Translations under genes and position numbers: made by a program
Shown here: positions 1-12,720 of the stretch, piece after piece
Position numbering within the stretch: the first letter of the stretch is position 1
Layout of the letters: each line of letters opens with the position of its first letter
Notes under the pieces: generated by a model
Seen by the model: the letters and a program-made list of their open reading frames with translations, nothing else
What the model was told of the DNA's origin: nothing
Database searches by the model: none
Source of the DNA: Azolla caroliniana
Taxonomy: Eukaryota; Plantae; Polypodiophyta
Reading direction: 5' to 3'
Assembly: GCA_043228905.1 (NCBI GenBank)
Contig: JBHGNT010000022.1
Location: 10,044,001 to 10,108,000 of the forward strand
Length of the DNA stretch: 64,000 nucleotides

Positions 1-974
1 AAGGACGCTCCGGAATCGACCACCCAGGTCATCTCTACACCGGCAAGGTTCAGCTCCCTCTCTTCGGTAATGAGCATTATCTCTTCTTCACTTGCCGCGA
101 GTGCCGTCGTTCCTTTCCGGTCCTGCCCTCGCCGATCCGGACCTCTCCGGTCCGTCGCTCCCCGGTATGCACTGTTTCTCTCCGGTGACTTCTTCGAATC
201 GGTGTCGTCGGCTCCGTTGTCTTTTCGGTAATGCCGACAATTCTTCCGGAAGTGCCCCGGCTTCCCACAGTGGAAGCACGTGGGCCTTCCTCTTGACTGC
301 GACCGGGTCCCCGACTTCTCCCGTCTTTGCGGACTCCGGTTCCATTGTCTTCCCCGATCCGATTCGGTAAATAGCATCTTCGGTTCGGAGGACGGTTCCT
401 TGTCTCTCCGACGCGCTTCTTCGTTCAAGATACTTGTCTTTACCGTTTGCAAGGACAAGTTATCTTCGGTGCAGGAGGTGCTGAGAGTCACCACCAAGTT
501 CTCCCAGCTGTCCGGCAATGTACACATCAGGATGATGGCTTGCATTGCATCCTCCAACGGGAACTTGATCGCCGCAAGCTGGTTCACGAATCCCATGAAC
601 GTGCTTACGTGTTCCACCATACTCTCGCCGTCCCGATACTTGAGATTCACAATCTTCCTCATCAGGGAGGTCCGGTTCAACGCATTCTTCCTCTCATAGA
701 GGCCAGACAGCTTCTTCCACATCTCGTATGCGTTGGTGTCGTTCGCCACATGTTGCAGGACGCTTACGTCGACATATTGTCGGATCGTCGCTACGGCTTT
801 CCGGTTCAGGAGCTTCCACTCCGACTCAAGTACCCCCTTCGGTATTTCCGACCTGTCAATCGGTTCGTACAGGTCCCGAACAATGAGCAGATCCTCCATC
901 TTTATCTTCCAGTCGGCGTAGTTCTGCGCATTCAGCACCATCATGCCCGGAGGCCCACTACCGCCGCCTTCCAT
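1..974 (-). mobile_element. Ty1/copia gag-protease 5' part (Tnt1/Tork-like), runs off the left edge
   Basis: Minus-strand frame from ATG 974 reads MEGGGSGPPGMMVLNAQNYADWKIKMEDLL..., then zinc knuckle CFHCGKPGHFRKNC and protease MTWVVDSGAS at 1-33. Homologous to the element at 55120-60874. Confidence 0.92.
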
Positions 975-989
975 TTTCTGTGTAACCTT

Positions 990-1624
990 GCTCTGATACC
1001 AATTGTTGATGAAACCGTGCTCGGCCACGACCGAGACAACACGGATCAATGCAGCAGAAAATAGGAAATCACAGAGAGAAACACGATAACACGGGGATTA
1101 ACGTGGAAAACCCTAAACGGGAAAAAACCACGGGAGTACAAGACTCCGAACCACCACTATACACAGAGAAGTATACACTGGCGAGCTGCAAGGCGACGAC
1201 CTTGAGCTCGCTATCCTCGCCACAGGCGGCGGTATTACACAGAGACGTCGACCTCTCCCTCTCTCTCTCTCTCTCTCTCGGCTGCTCTCTTCACTCTCTC
1301 AAAAGGGTGGGAAACAAAAAATGAGCAACAACATAAACTGTTTGCCCTAAGTCATATTTATACACATATGACTTTCGGGCTATTTACAAATATAGCCCCA
1401 AGGGCTCTTGGCAAAACATATTCACAAATATGTCCCCGCATCCGGATCTCTCTCCGGGTACATTAGTCATCCGGCTCCGTAACCGGGGTCTTCATCATCC
1501 GGATCCGTATCCGGGTACTCTTCATCCGTCTTCATGCCGGGTCATCATCCGGTTCCGTAACCGTAACCGGGCTTGCCGTCATTCGTCTCCGGACATCCCA
1601 TCCGGAGGGACCGATATCCCAACA
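990..1624 (-). mobile_element. 5' LTR (1004-1624) and tRNA-iMet PBS (990-1001) of the left-edge copia
   Basis: Minus strand starts TGTTGGGATATCGGTCCCTCCGGATGGGA (same start as LTR 55120) and ends ...TCAACA, followed by TGGTATCAGAGC. Confidence 0.9.
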
Positions 1625-1806
1625 GAAGTGTGGTACGTTGACTCAGAGCATCTAACCACATGACGAACCATGAAGAGTGGTTCACGTTTCTAGAAAAGCC
1701 GGAGCAACTAGGAGTTGTCGAGACTGGAGATGACATTCCTCACCTGATCGTGCATGTCAAAGAAGTTCCCTTGAGTCATGTCGGACAAAAAGGGAACCTT
1801 ATGAAC
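1625..1806 (+). mobile_element. Copia protease fragment (host of the insertions on both sides)
   Basis: EVWYVDS..SNHMTNHEEWFTFLEKPEQLGVVETGDD is nearly identical to the protease of the 44614-50111 element. Confidence 0.85.
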
Positions 1807-1989
1807 CCCGGGGGTTCCACTATATATAAAGAGGTTGTATCACATGCGTTCACGACATCTTTTATAAACCCCATATACATATGATTTTTACTGTTTGAGA
1901 TACCCTTTTGTAAACAAATAGTTAATAAAAATACCGCTTAGTGCCAATATATATTTGGACAACTCATTTTAAAAGCCCTTACATAGAAA

Positions 1990-2191
1990 ACACATGTATG
2001 TTTTATATATGTATTTTATTGTCTGAATTGTATTGCATATGTATGCATATATGTATTGTATTGTATTGTATTTCATATTTATGTATGCATGTATTGCATT
2101 GTATTGTATTTCATATTTATGTATGCATGTATTGCATTGTACTGCATGTTTTGTATACGTTATATATATGGCATGTGTATGTATCTATGTG

Positions 2192-2258
<67 letters not shown>

Positions 2259-2290
2259 CTATATATGTGTGTGCATATGTGTTCTATACA
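1990..2290. repeat. TATG-rich low-complexity tract with (TG)n microsatellite
   Basis: Visible simple repeats; (TG)n at about 2194-2256. Confidence 0.9.
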
Positions 2291-3344
2291 TGTCACTACA
2301 ACAAAATAGGTTGGCAGTGATGCCAAAAGTCATCACTATTGGCATCGTTTACTTACAATCGTTTTGCAAATTTGAACCATCTTGATTGTTTCTATTGTTC
2401 ATCGCACAATATAACATCATTTTTGAAGTGTGGGTAATTAGATAGAGACCATTTGAAACTCAACGAATATTAGTGCTACATGCATATATTTCTCACCGTT
2501 CTCTGTTTTAGGCGAGGAAGAACATGTAAGTGCATAATGTAACACAATGGTGAATAACACTTGTGAATGATGTGTTACTCATGGATAAATACTAGATAGA
2601 CATTTTTTGGTGATATAAGATCATTGTTCCTCTACCGATTCTCTATTAGTACTTCCTTGTTATGTACTACAGGTTAAATGTATCTAAGCTGATATTGAAA
2701 CGGAACATCAAGATTGTCAAAATTGTGAAATTATATTAATTTTGATTTTCTAGGGTTCACATTCCTTATACTCTTCAATGGGGTGCTCCGACATTTTATG
2801 CAAGTCATGTTCAACATGATGGTTGCAGTGCTACTTTCCATAGTTGAGGTAAATGTCATATTTTTGGATTTCTTAGATACATGGTTAGTGAGAATTTGTG
2901 GTAAGTGTGGTATTGTTACAATAGGCATGTCAATTGTGTGTTCATAATTGAACTCTATTTTGGTTTTATTTGTCGTGAATTGGCTATATGAATTTCCACA
3001 AAGTGTTCTCCTTATCTTCTCATTTGTCAAGACCAAACCTATCTATGATTTAACGTTGTTGAGAGTAACTTCATCTTAATTTTTCATCCATTTTGCGCAA
3101 AGAAAGGATGTTCGGCTGGAGGAATCCATAAGGGCTTCATTATCTTAAAGGGTGTAAATTTTTGTGGATTAGAGTTCTAAATTTTGTATGTCAAAATGCA
3201 TACATTTTGAGTGTCATGGCTCTGAATACCTCTTGGAATGTTGGAGTTTCCTCAGAAACTATAAGGAAGTAATTTTGGTTAATTCGAGCGTCCGGCATTG
3301 ATGACATGGAGGATAATGAGCTCTTTGAGGCAGATATAGTAACA

Positions 3345-3435
3345 GGAACTTCCAGGGTTAGTTTGGTAAATTTGGAACTTCCAGGGGCATTCTGGTAAAT
3401 AGACGAACTTCTAGGGGTATCTTGCTACTTTTCCC
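3345..3435. repeat. Three ~30-bp repeats ending in a Mutator-like terminus
   Basis: GAACTTC(C/T)AGGG x3; the reverse complement of the end, GGGAAAAGTAGCAAGATACCCCT, resembles plant MULE TIR ends. No partner TIR found. Confidence 0.4.
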
Positions 3436-4560
3436 TTCTATATATGTGCATATGTATGTATGTATTGTATTGCATGTGTATATATGTATGTATGTATATA
3501 TTGTATTCCATTGCATATGTTGTATGTATGGCATGTGATTGTAATATGTGCATGATATTTATGTATATATCTAATATATGTATGTGTATGTATATGTGGC
3601 AATGTATAAATGAATCTATATGTATGTCCATATACGAATGTACATATGTGTATGCCTATGTAATGTATGTATGTTTGTATGTGTATGCATATATGCGTAC
3701 ATGAGTGTGTGGATGTTTGTTCATATTATGTATGTATGTGTATGTATATATGTTTCACGATTGTAGTTTGTGATGATATGTATGTAGATATGTAATGTAT
3801 GTATGAATGTGTAGGTATTTATGTGTATGCATGTATGTAATGATGTATAGATGTATGTTAAATTGTAAAACTTATAACATTGTAGGCATATGTATGTATA
3901 TATATATGGTGATATGTGGAATATGTTAGGAAACAGGTCCCTCCGGATGGGAAGTGAGAAGAACCGTGTTGATGAGCAACTCGGTCGAGGCTGAAACCGG
4001 AAATCGTGGAGATAGCCAACACGGAAGGCTAAGTTTGTAAATAGGCTGAATATGCCCCTGTGGGCTAAACTTGTAAATAGTCGAAAGGTTACTTAGGGCA
4101 ATTATGTTAGAAAAGTGTGTCATAGTAAAGTTACTGTTGATGAGGTCATTGCCTCTGTAACCGTGAGTGAAAACGAGTGTGAGTGGAAGCGTGTGAGCTC
4201 CATAGCCGCTTGTTGGTGAAGCAGGATCTCTGAGATCTTTGATTGTATTCCTTTCTCTCATAGTGTTCTGTTTCGGAGTTTGTGGACTCCACGTGGTTTT
4301 TCCTAGTTCAGGTTTCCACATTAAAATCCGTGTCATTCTCAGTTTCTATATTCTATTTTCCCTTTCCATTAGATTGACTATTATTCCGCACACGTACAAC
4401 CGGTTGTGGCCAACAACGATTTGAACTACAGAATATGTATGTATGTGTATGCATATATGTATATGTGAATATACATGATTCAGTGTGTATGGATATGTTT
4501 CTAATATGTACATAATATGCATGTATATATCCGATGTATGTGTTAGTATACATATACCTA

Positions 4561-4628
<68 letters not shown>

Positions 4629-5175
4629 ATATGTACATGTAAGCATTGTGGTTTGTATGGTTCTGTTTAATCTAGAAATATTGTGATATGTGGAATATGT
4701 ATCTACATATGTAATTTATGTATGTATGTGCATGTAAATTTGTATATTGTGTAATAGGTATGAATTATATGATATGTAATATCTAAATTATTTATGTGTT
4801 TATGTGTATTTATTTATTATTTATGTGTTTGGTATGTATATATGCATTTGTATATAATTGTGTGTAATATGTAATATATTAAATATGTTTGTACAAATGT
4901 GTACATTTGTATATATCATATATGTAATATGTAATTTTTATGTATGTAACATTTGAATGTAGGCATATATACATGGATGCATGTATATGTATGTATGTAG
5001 GTATATATGCATGTATGTGGTATGCATGTGTGATGTTTGTTTGTTTGTTTGTTTGTGTATGTATGTACATATTGTGTTGTGTTGTATGTATATATATATA
5101 TATACATATAATATGTATGTTTTTTTGTGTGTTTGGTATGTATATATGCATTTGTATGTAACTATGTGCACAATA

Positions 5176-5214
<39 letters not shown>

Positions 5215-5508
5215 TGTGTGCGTAATATGTAATATATAAAATATGTTTGGAAGAATGTGTACATATGTATATATGTAATATGTAATTTTATGTATGTATT
5301 ATGCATATATGTATGTCAATATATATAGTTCATTCTAATATGAATGTAGTATGTAATGTATTTGTGTATTTGTATGTATATATTTACATATGGTAATACA
5401 TATTTGTACATATATTTATGTTTAGTAAGTATGCATGTATAAATAGGTGTAATGTATGTATATACATATCCATGAATGTATGTTTGAATGTAGGTATATA
5501 TGCATGTA

Positions 5509-5572
<64 letters not shown>

Positions 5573-5615
5573 TTTATGTATGTATGTATGTATGAAAGAA
5601 TGTATGTATATATGC
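3436..5615. repeat. Long TA/TG/TATG low-complexity region (interrupted by a solo LTR)
   Basis: (TG)n at about 4562-4624 and 5177-5211; (TA)n and (TATG)n at 5512-5594. Confidence 0.9.
3924..4430 (+). mobile_element. Solo LTR, copia family of 55120-60874
   Basis: TGTTAGGAAACAGGTCCCTCCGGATGGGAAG...CTACA with perfect 5-bp TSD GAATA (3919-3923, 4431-4435). Confidence 0.93.
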
Positions 5616-5856
5616 TACCCCAAAATTGAGTATTGTTTGCTGCATAATATATTATTTACTATTTCATTGAAATATCTAATATTTCATGGGCTTATGTAAA
5701 AACAAATTCCAACATAATTGATACCCTTATGTAAAAATATTTTCAAATTTTTATTAATACCGTTATATATATACATTTTGTATCTCAATGATTAATTTAA
5801 ACCCTTTTTTATGAACTCACGTGCTATCATACAAGTTTTGACAATGAAGCCCCCGG

Positions 5857-7500
5857 TGTTGAGATACAAGCTCAACATTGGCCGAATCGGTTGTTCAAGC
5901 CGAGAACCGGATCGGTTTGGGCCGATCGGTTTGGCCGGATCGGTGCGTAAACCGGTGTGTAAACTGGTGCGCAAACCGGTGTGCAACAAGAGGCCGGACC
6001 GGTGCGGAAACCAGCCGTTGAACAGATATTCCACGAGGGAATATATTTGGGAGTTAGTGTAGGAGCTCAGTTATGAGCATTGAAGTACATGTCAGTACTT
6101 CTATTAGTCAGTATGGACTTGTATAAAAGTGCTCTCTGAGCACATCCTATGTACAGAGTTTTACACATTATTTTGAATTTAGTTTTTTCTGTGTATTAAT
6201 TCCCTCTCTGTCTCTCCCGCGTACATTGTCTCTTAAGCTCTCCATTAAACCTGTTTTTCTCTATCGGTATTCTGTGTTTCGTATAGCTTCCGCACGTAAC
6301 ATTTCACATGGTATCAAAGTGCAAGGGTTGAGAACCTCTGCAGCCGACTTAAGCTCGAAACAACAACAAAAAAACCCTAATCTCGGTGAAGAACGAAAAC
6401 TAAGAAGCTCGACAGAAGTAGCTATGCATCTTGGTCGTACAAGATGCACTAGTACCTGCTTGGCCATAGATACTGGAGCTATGTCGATAGAGCGAATGAT
6501 GCAGCACCTGAATCAACACATAGAGACTTCCCAGCCTAGGACCAATCGGCCAGCAGAGTTCTCTACTACTTCGCGTCCTGTGTGAGCGAACAACTTTTGA
6601 GATACATTCGGGATGCAAGAACACCAAAGGATGCTTGGGGAAATCTGAAAAAGATTTTCGCCGCAAGCACCACAACCAGGAAGCTCCACCGACAGGAGTT
6701 GAGCAATGTGCGTCAACGCGACATGACGGTGGCTGCCTACACCTCTAAGATAAAGGATATCTGCGACTCCCTCGCCTCCATCGATGTGAACGTTGAGGAG
6801 GGCGAAATGGTGCAGATCTAGCTCGGATAATTGGCATCGAAGTTCGGGGCATTCCAAACAGCTATTTGTACAAGGGAGAATACATCGTCGTTTTTCGACT
6901 TGTAGTCGATGCTCCTTGTAGAGGAGAATCATGCGGGTGCGACTACAGCCGGCACATGTGGATCTATCTCATTGTGAAGAAAAGCGAAGGCTTCGACTAT
7001 TTCTGGAACCTAGAAAGCCTTGTCGAATGGGAAACGAAGAGAAAGATCGTCGTTTTTCGACTTGTAGTCGATGCTCCTTGTAGAGGAGAATCATGCGGGT
7101 GCGACTATAGCCGGCACATGTGGATCTATCTCATTGAGAAGAAAAGCGAAGGCTTCGACTATTTCTGGAACCTAGAAAGCCTTGTCGAATGGGAAATGAA
7201 GAGAAAGATCAAGTGCCTGCGGTTGAATGTCGGAAAAGAATACTTCTCCGGCCAGTTCAACAATTATTTGTAGCAGAAAGGAATTCGAAGGGAATTCAGT
7301 TGTAGATACACACCGAAACAAAATGGTGTGGCCGAAATGAAGAACCGGTGAACTGTGGAGGCAGCACGGGCAATGATGGAAGAGAAGAGCATGCCCAAGT
7401 TCTACTGGGCCGAAGTAGTCTGAACGGCCGTTTACATCCAAAACCGGATCCGGGATAAGGTGTCAGGCTGTGAGATATATTTCGGGCACAAATAGAATTT
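5857..7500 (+). mobile_element. Deleted, truncated copia: 5' LTR 5857-6308, PBS 6309-6319, gag fused to integrase
   Basis: LTR resembles 49708-50111; TGGTATCAAAG follows it. Degenerate gag (YASWSYKMH*YLLGH; DARTPKDAWGNLKK) joins directly to integrase (DYSRHMWIYL...PKQNGVAE). Cut at 7500 by a gypsy LTR. Confidence 0.9.
6884..7207 (+). repeat. 162-bp tandem duplication
   Basis: Copies at 6884-7045 and 7046-7207 are near identical (54-aa repeat in the ORF track). Confidence 0.95.
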
Positions 7501-7927
7501 TGTTCCTCCTAGGCCGGACTTGCCTCGAACACAAGGTGTTCTTTCGGATCACTTCACCAAAGGGTGGTTACGGTAAGGGATTCAACACTAACAACTATGA
7601 CCGGTTATCTTCTAGTCCTGTGTCCGAAATCACAACACACATAGATTACACGCCTACGATCCATACATTGAGCGCAGAACGAAATATAAACATAAAGATG
7701 AACTGGATAACAATAACAAAACTTTCCTATATTAATATTCCGTCCCCTTAATACATCGACACCTGGATCCTTTTATAGGCATCTGGTTCTGTGCTACAAA
7801 ACGGTGCTTGACTGGCCACCGGCTATGAACCGGTCCGAATCCGGATCGGCATACCTATCCCGGATCCGTCCATTCTGATAATAATTCTTATCTATTAATA
7901 TTATTATTATCATATCCGAAAACTGGC

Positions 7928-10846
7928 TCATCCCTTCCCTATCATATACTTTGGCCACCAACGGCCAACACATGGCATGCCTGTGGGACAGTACATTGTA
8001 CGTTGAACCCAAGGGTTATCTCTACTACTCTTCATCAAGTATGTATAGAATAGTTTGGTCCAGGGGTTCGAGGGGTTTCTCGCTTTGCTACTCCTGCTCT
8101 GGCTGCTGCTGCGGTTACTCATTCCCGTTTCCAAAGCCCACGGCTGCATCCGTTCTCGACACCTCTCTAGCTCCTTCTCGTTGCTCCCATCCGGCTCCTG
8201 TTGGTTGTTCCGATCTTTGCGTCCGGATCCGGTTTCATTTGGTGGCTGATCCGTAGATTTTTCTTCATCACTAATGTTGATCACCGTCATCATTCGTTCC
8301 ACCTCACGCCACCGTCGCTCTCGTCCAAATCACTCGAACTGGAGTTGTGTGTCGAGGTGATCATCATCCAGTCTCTCGATCAACTACAAGACCGCACTGA
8401 GATGAGCACGTCACGCCGCCGTCGCTCTCGTTCGAATCACTCGAACTGGAGTTGTGTGCCGAGGTGATCGTCATCCAGTCTCTCGATCAACTACTAGACC
8501 GCACTGAGATGAGCTCCTGCTAAGGACATGAAGTCATCCGACAACTCCTCCTGGATAGTGAGGATACTTTCCTTGTCCATTTTGTAAAAGTTGTCGCCGA
8601 CCTTTTTCCGGTTTTCGGCGTCCGCTCGAAGGACTTGCAATTTTGCCGGTTGCCGCAACCAGTGAGGCCACCATTCCATTGAGTTGTTGTCAATATTCCT
8701 GTTCGTTCTTTCTTTCCATGCCGCCAAGATTGCTCGAATCTTGCGTACTCCCAGCTTCGTGATATCTTTCGCCCTCTGCTTCTCCTCTATCATCTTCTTA
8801 ATCAATGCAGCGGTAGCCCGGGCCTGCTCCCCATATTCAAGCAACTGGGTCTGATAAGCCGTTTGAACCCTATCCAGAGCCACTTTTGCTCGTTCAACCT
8901 CCTCGTAATGTTGCCAGGTGAGCATCGTCCTTTCTCTGGTTGCTTACTCTAGCAGCTTTGCCGATTCAACCGCCTTTGTCCGTTCGTTCCTCTGCCAACG
9001 TATCTGTTTTCTTTGCTAGATCAGGCCGGAGTTCCATGATCTTCTCTTGTTGTTGGTCACACTCTGCGATTAACTTCTTATGCTCCGCGTCAAGTTGTTT
9101 GTGATCTCGGTGTAGCTTCCCAAAAAAAAAAATTCTTTGCTTTAACTTCGAGTTGATTTGCCCACATGTGCAGTCCTCCCTCTTCTTTTGTTGTTGGAGC
9201 TCTTCCTTGAGTCATTCGATTTCCATTTCTGCACTACGCCAGAGTTTCTCCTTTTCTTGCAGCAGTTTTTCTCTTTCTCCTTTTAGCCAGTCGTTGTTAG
9301 CCTTGACTTTTCCGGAGGGTTTCTTCAATCCTCTGCTTCTCCTCCTCGGCTGTCGTCTTTTGCTCCCTTTCTTTGCCTCATAGGGCCTCTTGAGCCACCA
9401 ATTCCTCTTTCAAGGTGGTTATTTCTTGTTCATGCTCATTTATTATTTATCGGTGTTGTGCCGCCCACCAGTTCTTCAACTGCTTTAGCAGGTGCCACCG
9501 GCTCTAGGGTTGTATTTGGCCCTATCGGGGCCATATTGGCCACCTGTTCCTTGGCCTTCTCCAACTCTTCCTCTAAGCTTTGGATCCATCTTCGAGCATG
9601 TTTTACTTCTTCAGTCGTGGCTAGCAACCGGTCCAATTGCATCCTTTCTTCTTGCTCCATCTAGTTCACAACCCCCGACACCTGCTCCCCTGGCCATCTC
9701 AACCATTGGCGGCAGGTTCCGTGTTGTGTTGGAATAACGAATGGTTGTCTATGCTAGTCTTGGTTCGTGCTCTGTTCTAAACCATTGGGTTAGTGGCATC
9801 AGTGTCTGCTCCAGACGACGTTCCTCGTGCTGTTGTTCTTGAAGGCGCGGTGAGGTCCGATTCTCTATAATTGGTTCATGTTGAGCCGTTGTCACTACAT
9901 CTGGCCTTAATTCCGGTTCTGCCTCCATCCAGGATTCTACCACCATTGAGCCGGTCGTCAGGGTGTTTTCCCGCCTTGGGCCCACTCCTTCCCCCTACTG
10001 CTTTGTGACGTGTTTCCTTGGCTGACGTTGGAGGGTTTCGGTTGGTTCTTCTTCGGCCTCTTCCTCCATGGTTTCGTAGTGCACCCTTCGGACCAGATCG
10101 TCCGGTTCCTTGTCCTGTTGACGCACCGTGTTTTTTATGGCCTTGGTTGGCTTTTCCATTGGCACCACTTTTTCCACCGGCTTCTTCCGGCTCAACTGCT
10201 TCGTTTCCTTTTGCTACAAGCCCCCCTCTGTCCAACCGGGGGTGTGCTTGGCCAGGAGTTGTTGCCTCTTGGATAGCTTGTTTGGCATTCCATCAGCCGA
10301 TCAACCCTACTTCTTTGCTTGAATGGCCGGTGGATGGGGTACCAACAGGGTGAGCCATTGCGCTATTGCAGTCCACGCCTTCTTCCCCTCCACAACCAAT
10401 TGAATGGCAGCCCGTAAGGAATCTGCCACTATAGTCGGCCAGTCCACCTAGATGCCTTCATACGTTGCGATAATAAAACCGGCTCTGTTTTTAGGCATAG
10501 CCAGTGGGCAAGGATGCACAAATCCGTATCCGATGAACACCCGTGCTACCTCCCGAAACAGTGGGTCCTCTCCACCTTGTGTGTGGTATGCTTTGCTGCC
10601 TATGGAATACACGCCAAAGTACTCTGTTAGTGTCTCAGTGGAGGGGTTCTCAATGGGGTAGAGGCCTCCTGCCAATAGGTTGGTAAGGGCCTGCACCATG
10701 CCCTCCGTGATCTCCTCGACGTCGATTTGTAATGTTGCCTTATCTGGTTCTTCATGTGGTGGCGCCACTGATATCCGGAGGAATCCCTCCAATCCGTTTC
10801 TAATAAGCCAATCTTTCGCCACGTCGGATAGAGCCATTGGGCTCAT
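7928..10846 (-). pseudogene. Disrupted extra ORF between pol and 3' LTR (globular N-terminus plus coiled coil)
   Basis: Collinear same-strand ORF pieces at 10448-10846, 9995-10195, 9749-9985, 9436-9660, 8494-8925 and 7928-8302, broken by stops and frameshifts; E/K/Q-rich heptad-like stretches. Confidence 0.7.
8301..8514. repeat. 107-bp tandem duplication
   Basis: Copies start at 8301 (ACCTCACGCC) and 8408 (ACGTCACGCC). Confidence 0.93.
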
Positions 10847-12720
10847 GTCTTCTGAAAACTTGTAAACGCCTCTGCTCTCTAAATGCTCTGTTTTCGGGAA
10901 ATGAGAGTGTCTCTACTATTCGGTTGTTTTGTGTCCCCATTCTGGTCCGCTGCCTTTTCTTGATTCCCACGCATGCACATCATGTAATATAGTAGGAGTT
11001 GTACGCCGCGTGGTCCGTTTTAAATCGTTGACGTCACATCATTTCATTGTGTCGGTTCATTTTTTAATAAACCACTCTCTTTTGTTTTCCTTTTTATTTA
11101 TGGATGAGTACTATTATTCCTCTATAGTATCCGGTGATGCCGGATCCGATACCGGTACCTGGTTTCCTCTACCGGTTTCGGTTCCGCCTTCTCGTTGCTC
11201 GAATGGGTTTCGTGGTATCTGTCTGTGGTAAGGGTTTAGCCAGAATCCATTAACCCACTTCTCTAGGACTTCACCGGCTAACGTGCCCAGTTGATACGAC
11301 CCCTTAAACTCCCTCGTTATCCAATATGGTTCGGTCCACCAGAACTGTAGCTTTCTCGGCATTGTGCCCATCGAGGTCTAGAACACTAATACTGCCTAGC
11401 CGATTCCGAATTGTTTTTCATTTCCCCTTCTATGCCGGTTCACCAAAGCTTTACGTCGTCTTTGCTCCAGTTGCAACTGTAGTCCACTTGTTATCCGATG
11501 CTCTTCTAATTCACAAAAAGTTGCAAGCTGTATCTTTTCCAATTCCTTCTCGCTCAACCATTCCCGAACCTATATCCATAAGCTAGGAATTTGAAATTAC
11601 ATTGGCATCACTACTTCCAATCCAAACACTAACCAGAACGGTGTCGTCCGGATACTTGTCTTATATGCTGTCCTATATGCCCATAGCGCGCTTTGTAATT
11701 TCGTATCCCAGTTGGTCCGGTTTTCGTTGACAATTTTCCGGTGAATGTTCTGGAGTGTCTTGTTGGTGGATTCCACTAATATGTTGGCCTGTGGGTAATA
11801 AGGCGTACTTCTTTTATGTACCACCGCATAGAATGTTGTCAAGCTTTCTACTACCTGTTCGAGGAAATGTCCACCCTAATCACTGATGAGCTCTATCAGA
11901 CAACTGTATCTGCACCAAATGTATTCATATAAAAATTTACCTATGGAGGCCGCGGAATTGTCTTTAGGTGCTTTAGCTTCCACCCACTTCGTGCAGCAAT
12001 CTGTTGCAACAATAATGTACCGGTTTCCGGTTCTCATTGCCGACGGTTTGAACGATCCAACAAAATCTAGTCACCAGTTTTGAAAGGGGTCTAACTGCAA
12101 AACCGGTTGATGCGGCATCCGTGCTTGCTCCGTCGGTTGGCCCATTCTCTGACAAAGGTTGCATTCCTTTGCATACCGAATGGCGTCCTGCAGGGTTGTG
12201 GGCCACCACAATCCGCTTCTCCAAATTTTCCTTGCCATAGCTTCTCCTATATAGTGGCCTCCTACCACTCCACAATGGGCTTCCCGTAGGATTGCATCCT
12301 TTTCGTCGCTCCGGACTGCGCGACACCATATGCCATCAGCTCCCTTGTGGTACAAGGTGTCCTACAGTAAACAAAAATGGCGACTTTGTACCACCAACCA
12401 TTTCCACACATCCCGGTTCCACTCCTCTAGAGGCATCTTCTTCGGCGACTGTCTTGTCCACTATATTTTCCACGGTTACGCTATAGAGTTGTGCATCCCG
12501 AAACTCGTCCCTAGCTCCGTCGCCTACCTCTCCATATTCTAACCGGCTCAAGTAGTCTACTACCGCATGTTGCACTCCCGGTCGGTGGTATATTTCAAAT
12601 TCAAACCCCTGTAGCAACAATGTCCACCACGCTAGCTTGCCGGTTAAGGATGCTTTTGAGACCAAATAACGCCGAATGATCCACATGAAATGAAATTTTT
12701 TGTCCTAGTAGGTAATGGCA

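Larger units (their letters stand above)
1807..5856. mobile_element. Putative non-autonomous DNA transposon with CCCGGGGG bipartite inverted termini
   Basis: Left end CCGGGGGTTCCACTAT-N14-TATCACATGCGTTCA; reverse complement of right end CCGGGGGCTTCATTGT-N14-TAGCACGTGAGTTCA. Subterminal (ATA)CCCTT(A/T)TGTAAA-like motifs near both ends. Starts exactly where the copia fragment stops. Confidence 0.55.

Noticed and set aside
447-1064. Long antisense ORFs over gag-pol (also 47934-49229, 58251-59082)
   Set aside because: Shadow frames of GC-rich retroelement coding sequence.
1941-5699. Many C/V/Y/M/H/T-rich ORFs
   Set aside because: Translations of (TG)n, (TA)n and (TATG)n repeats.
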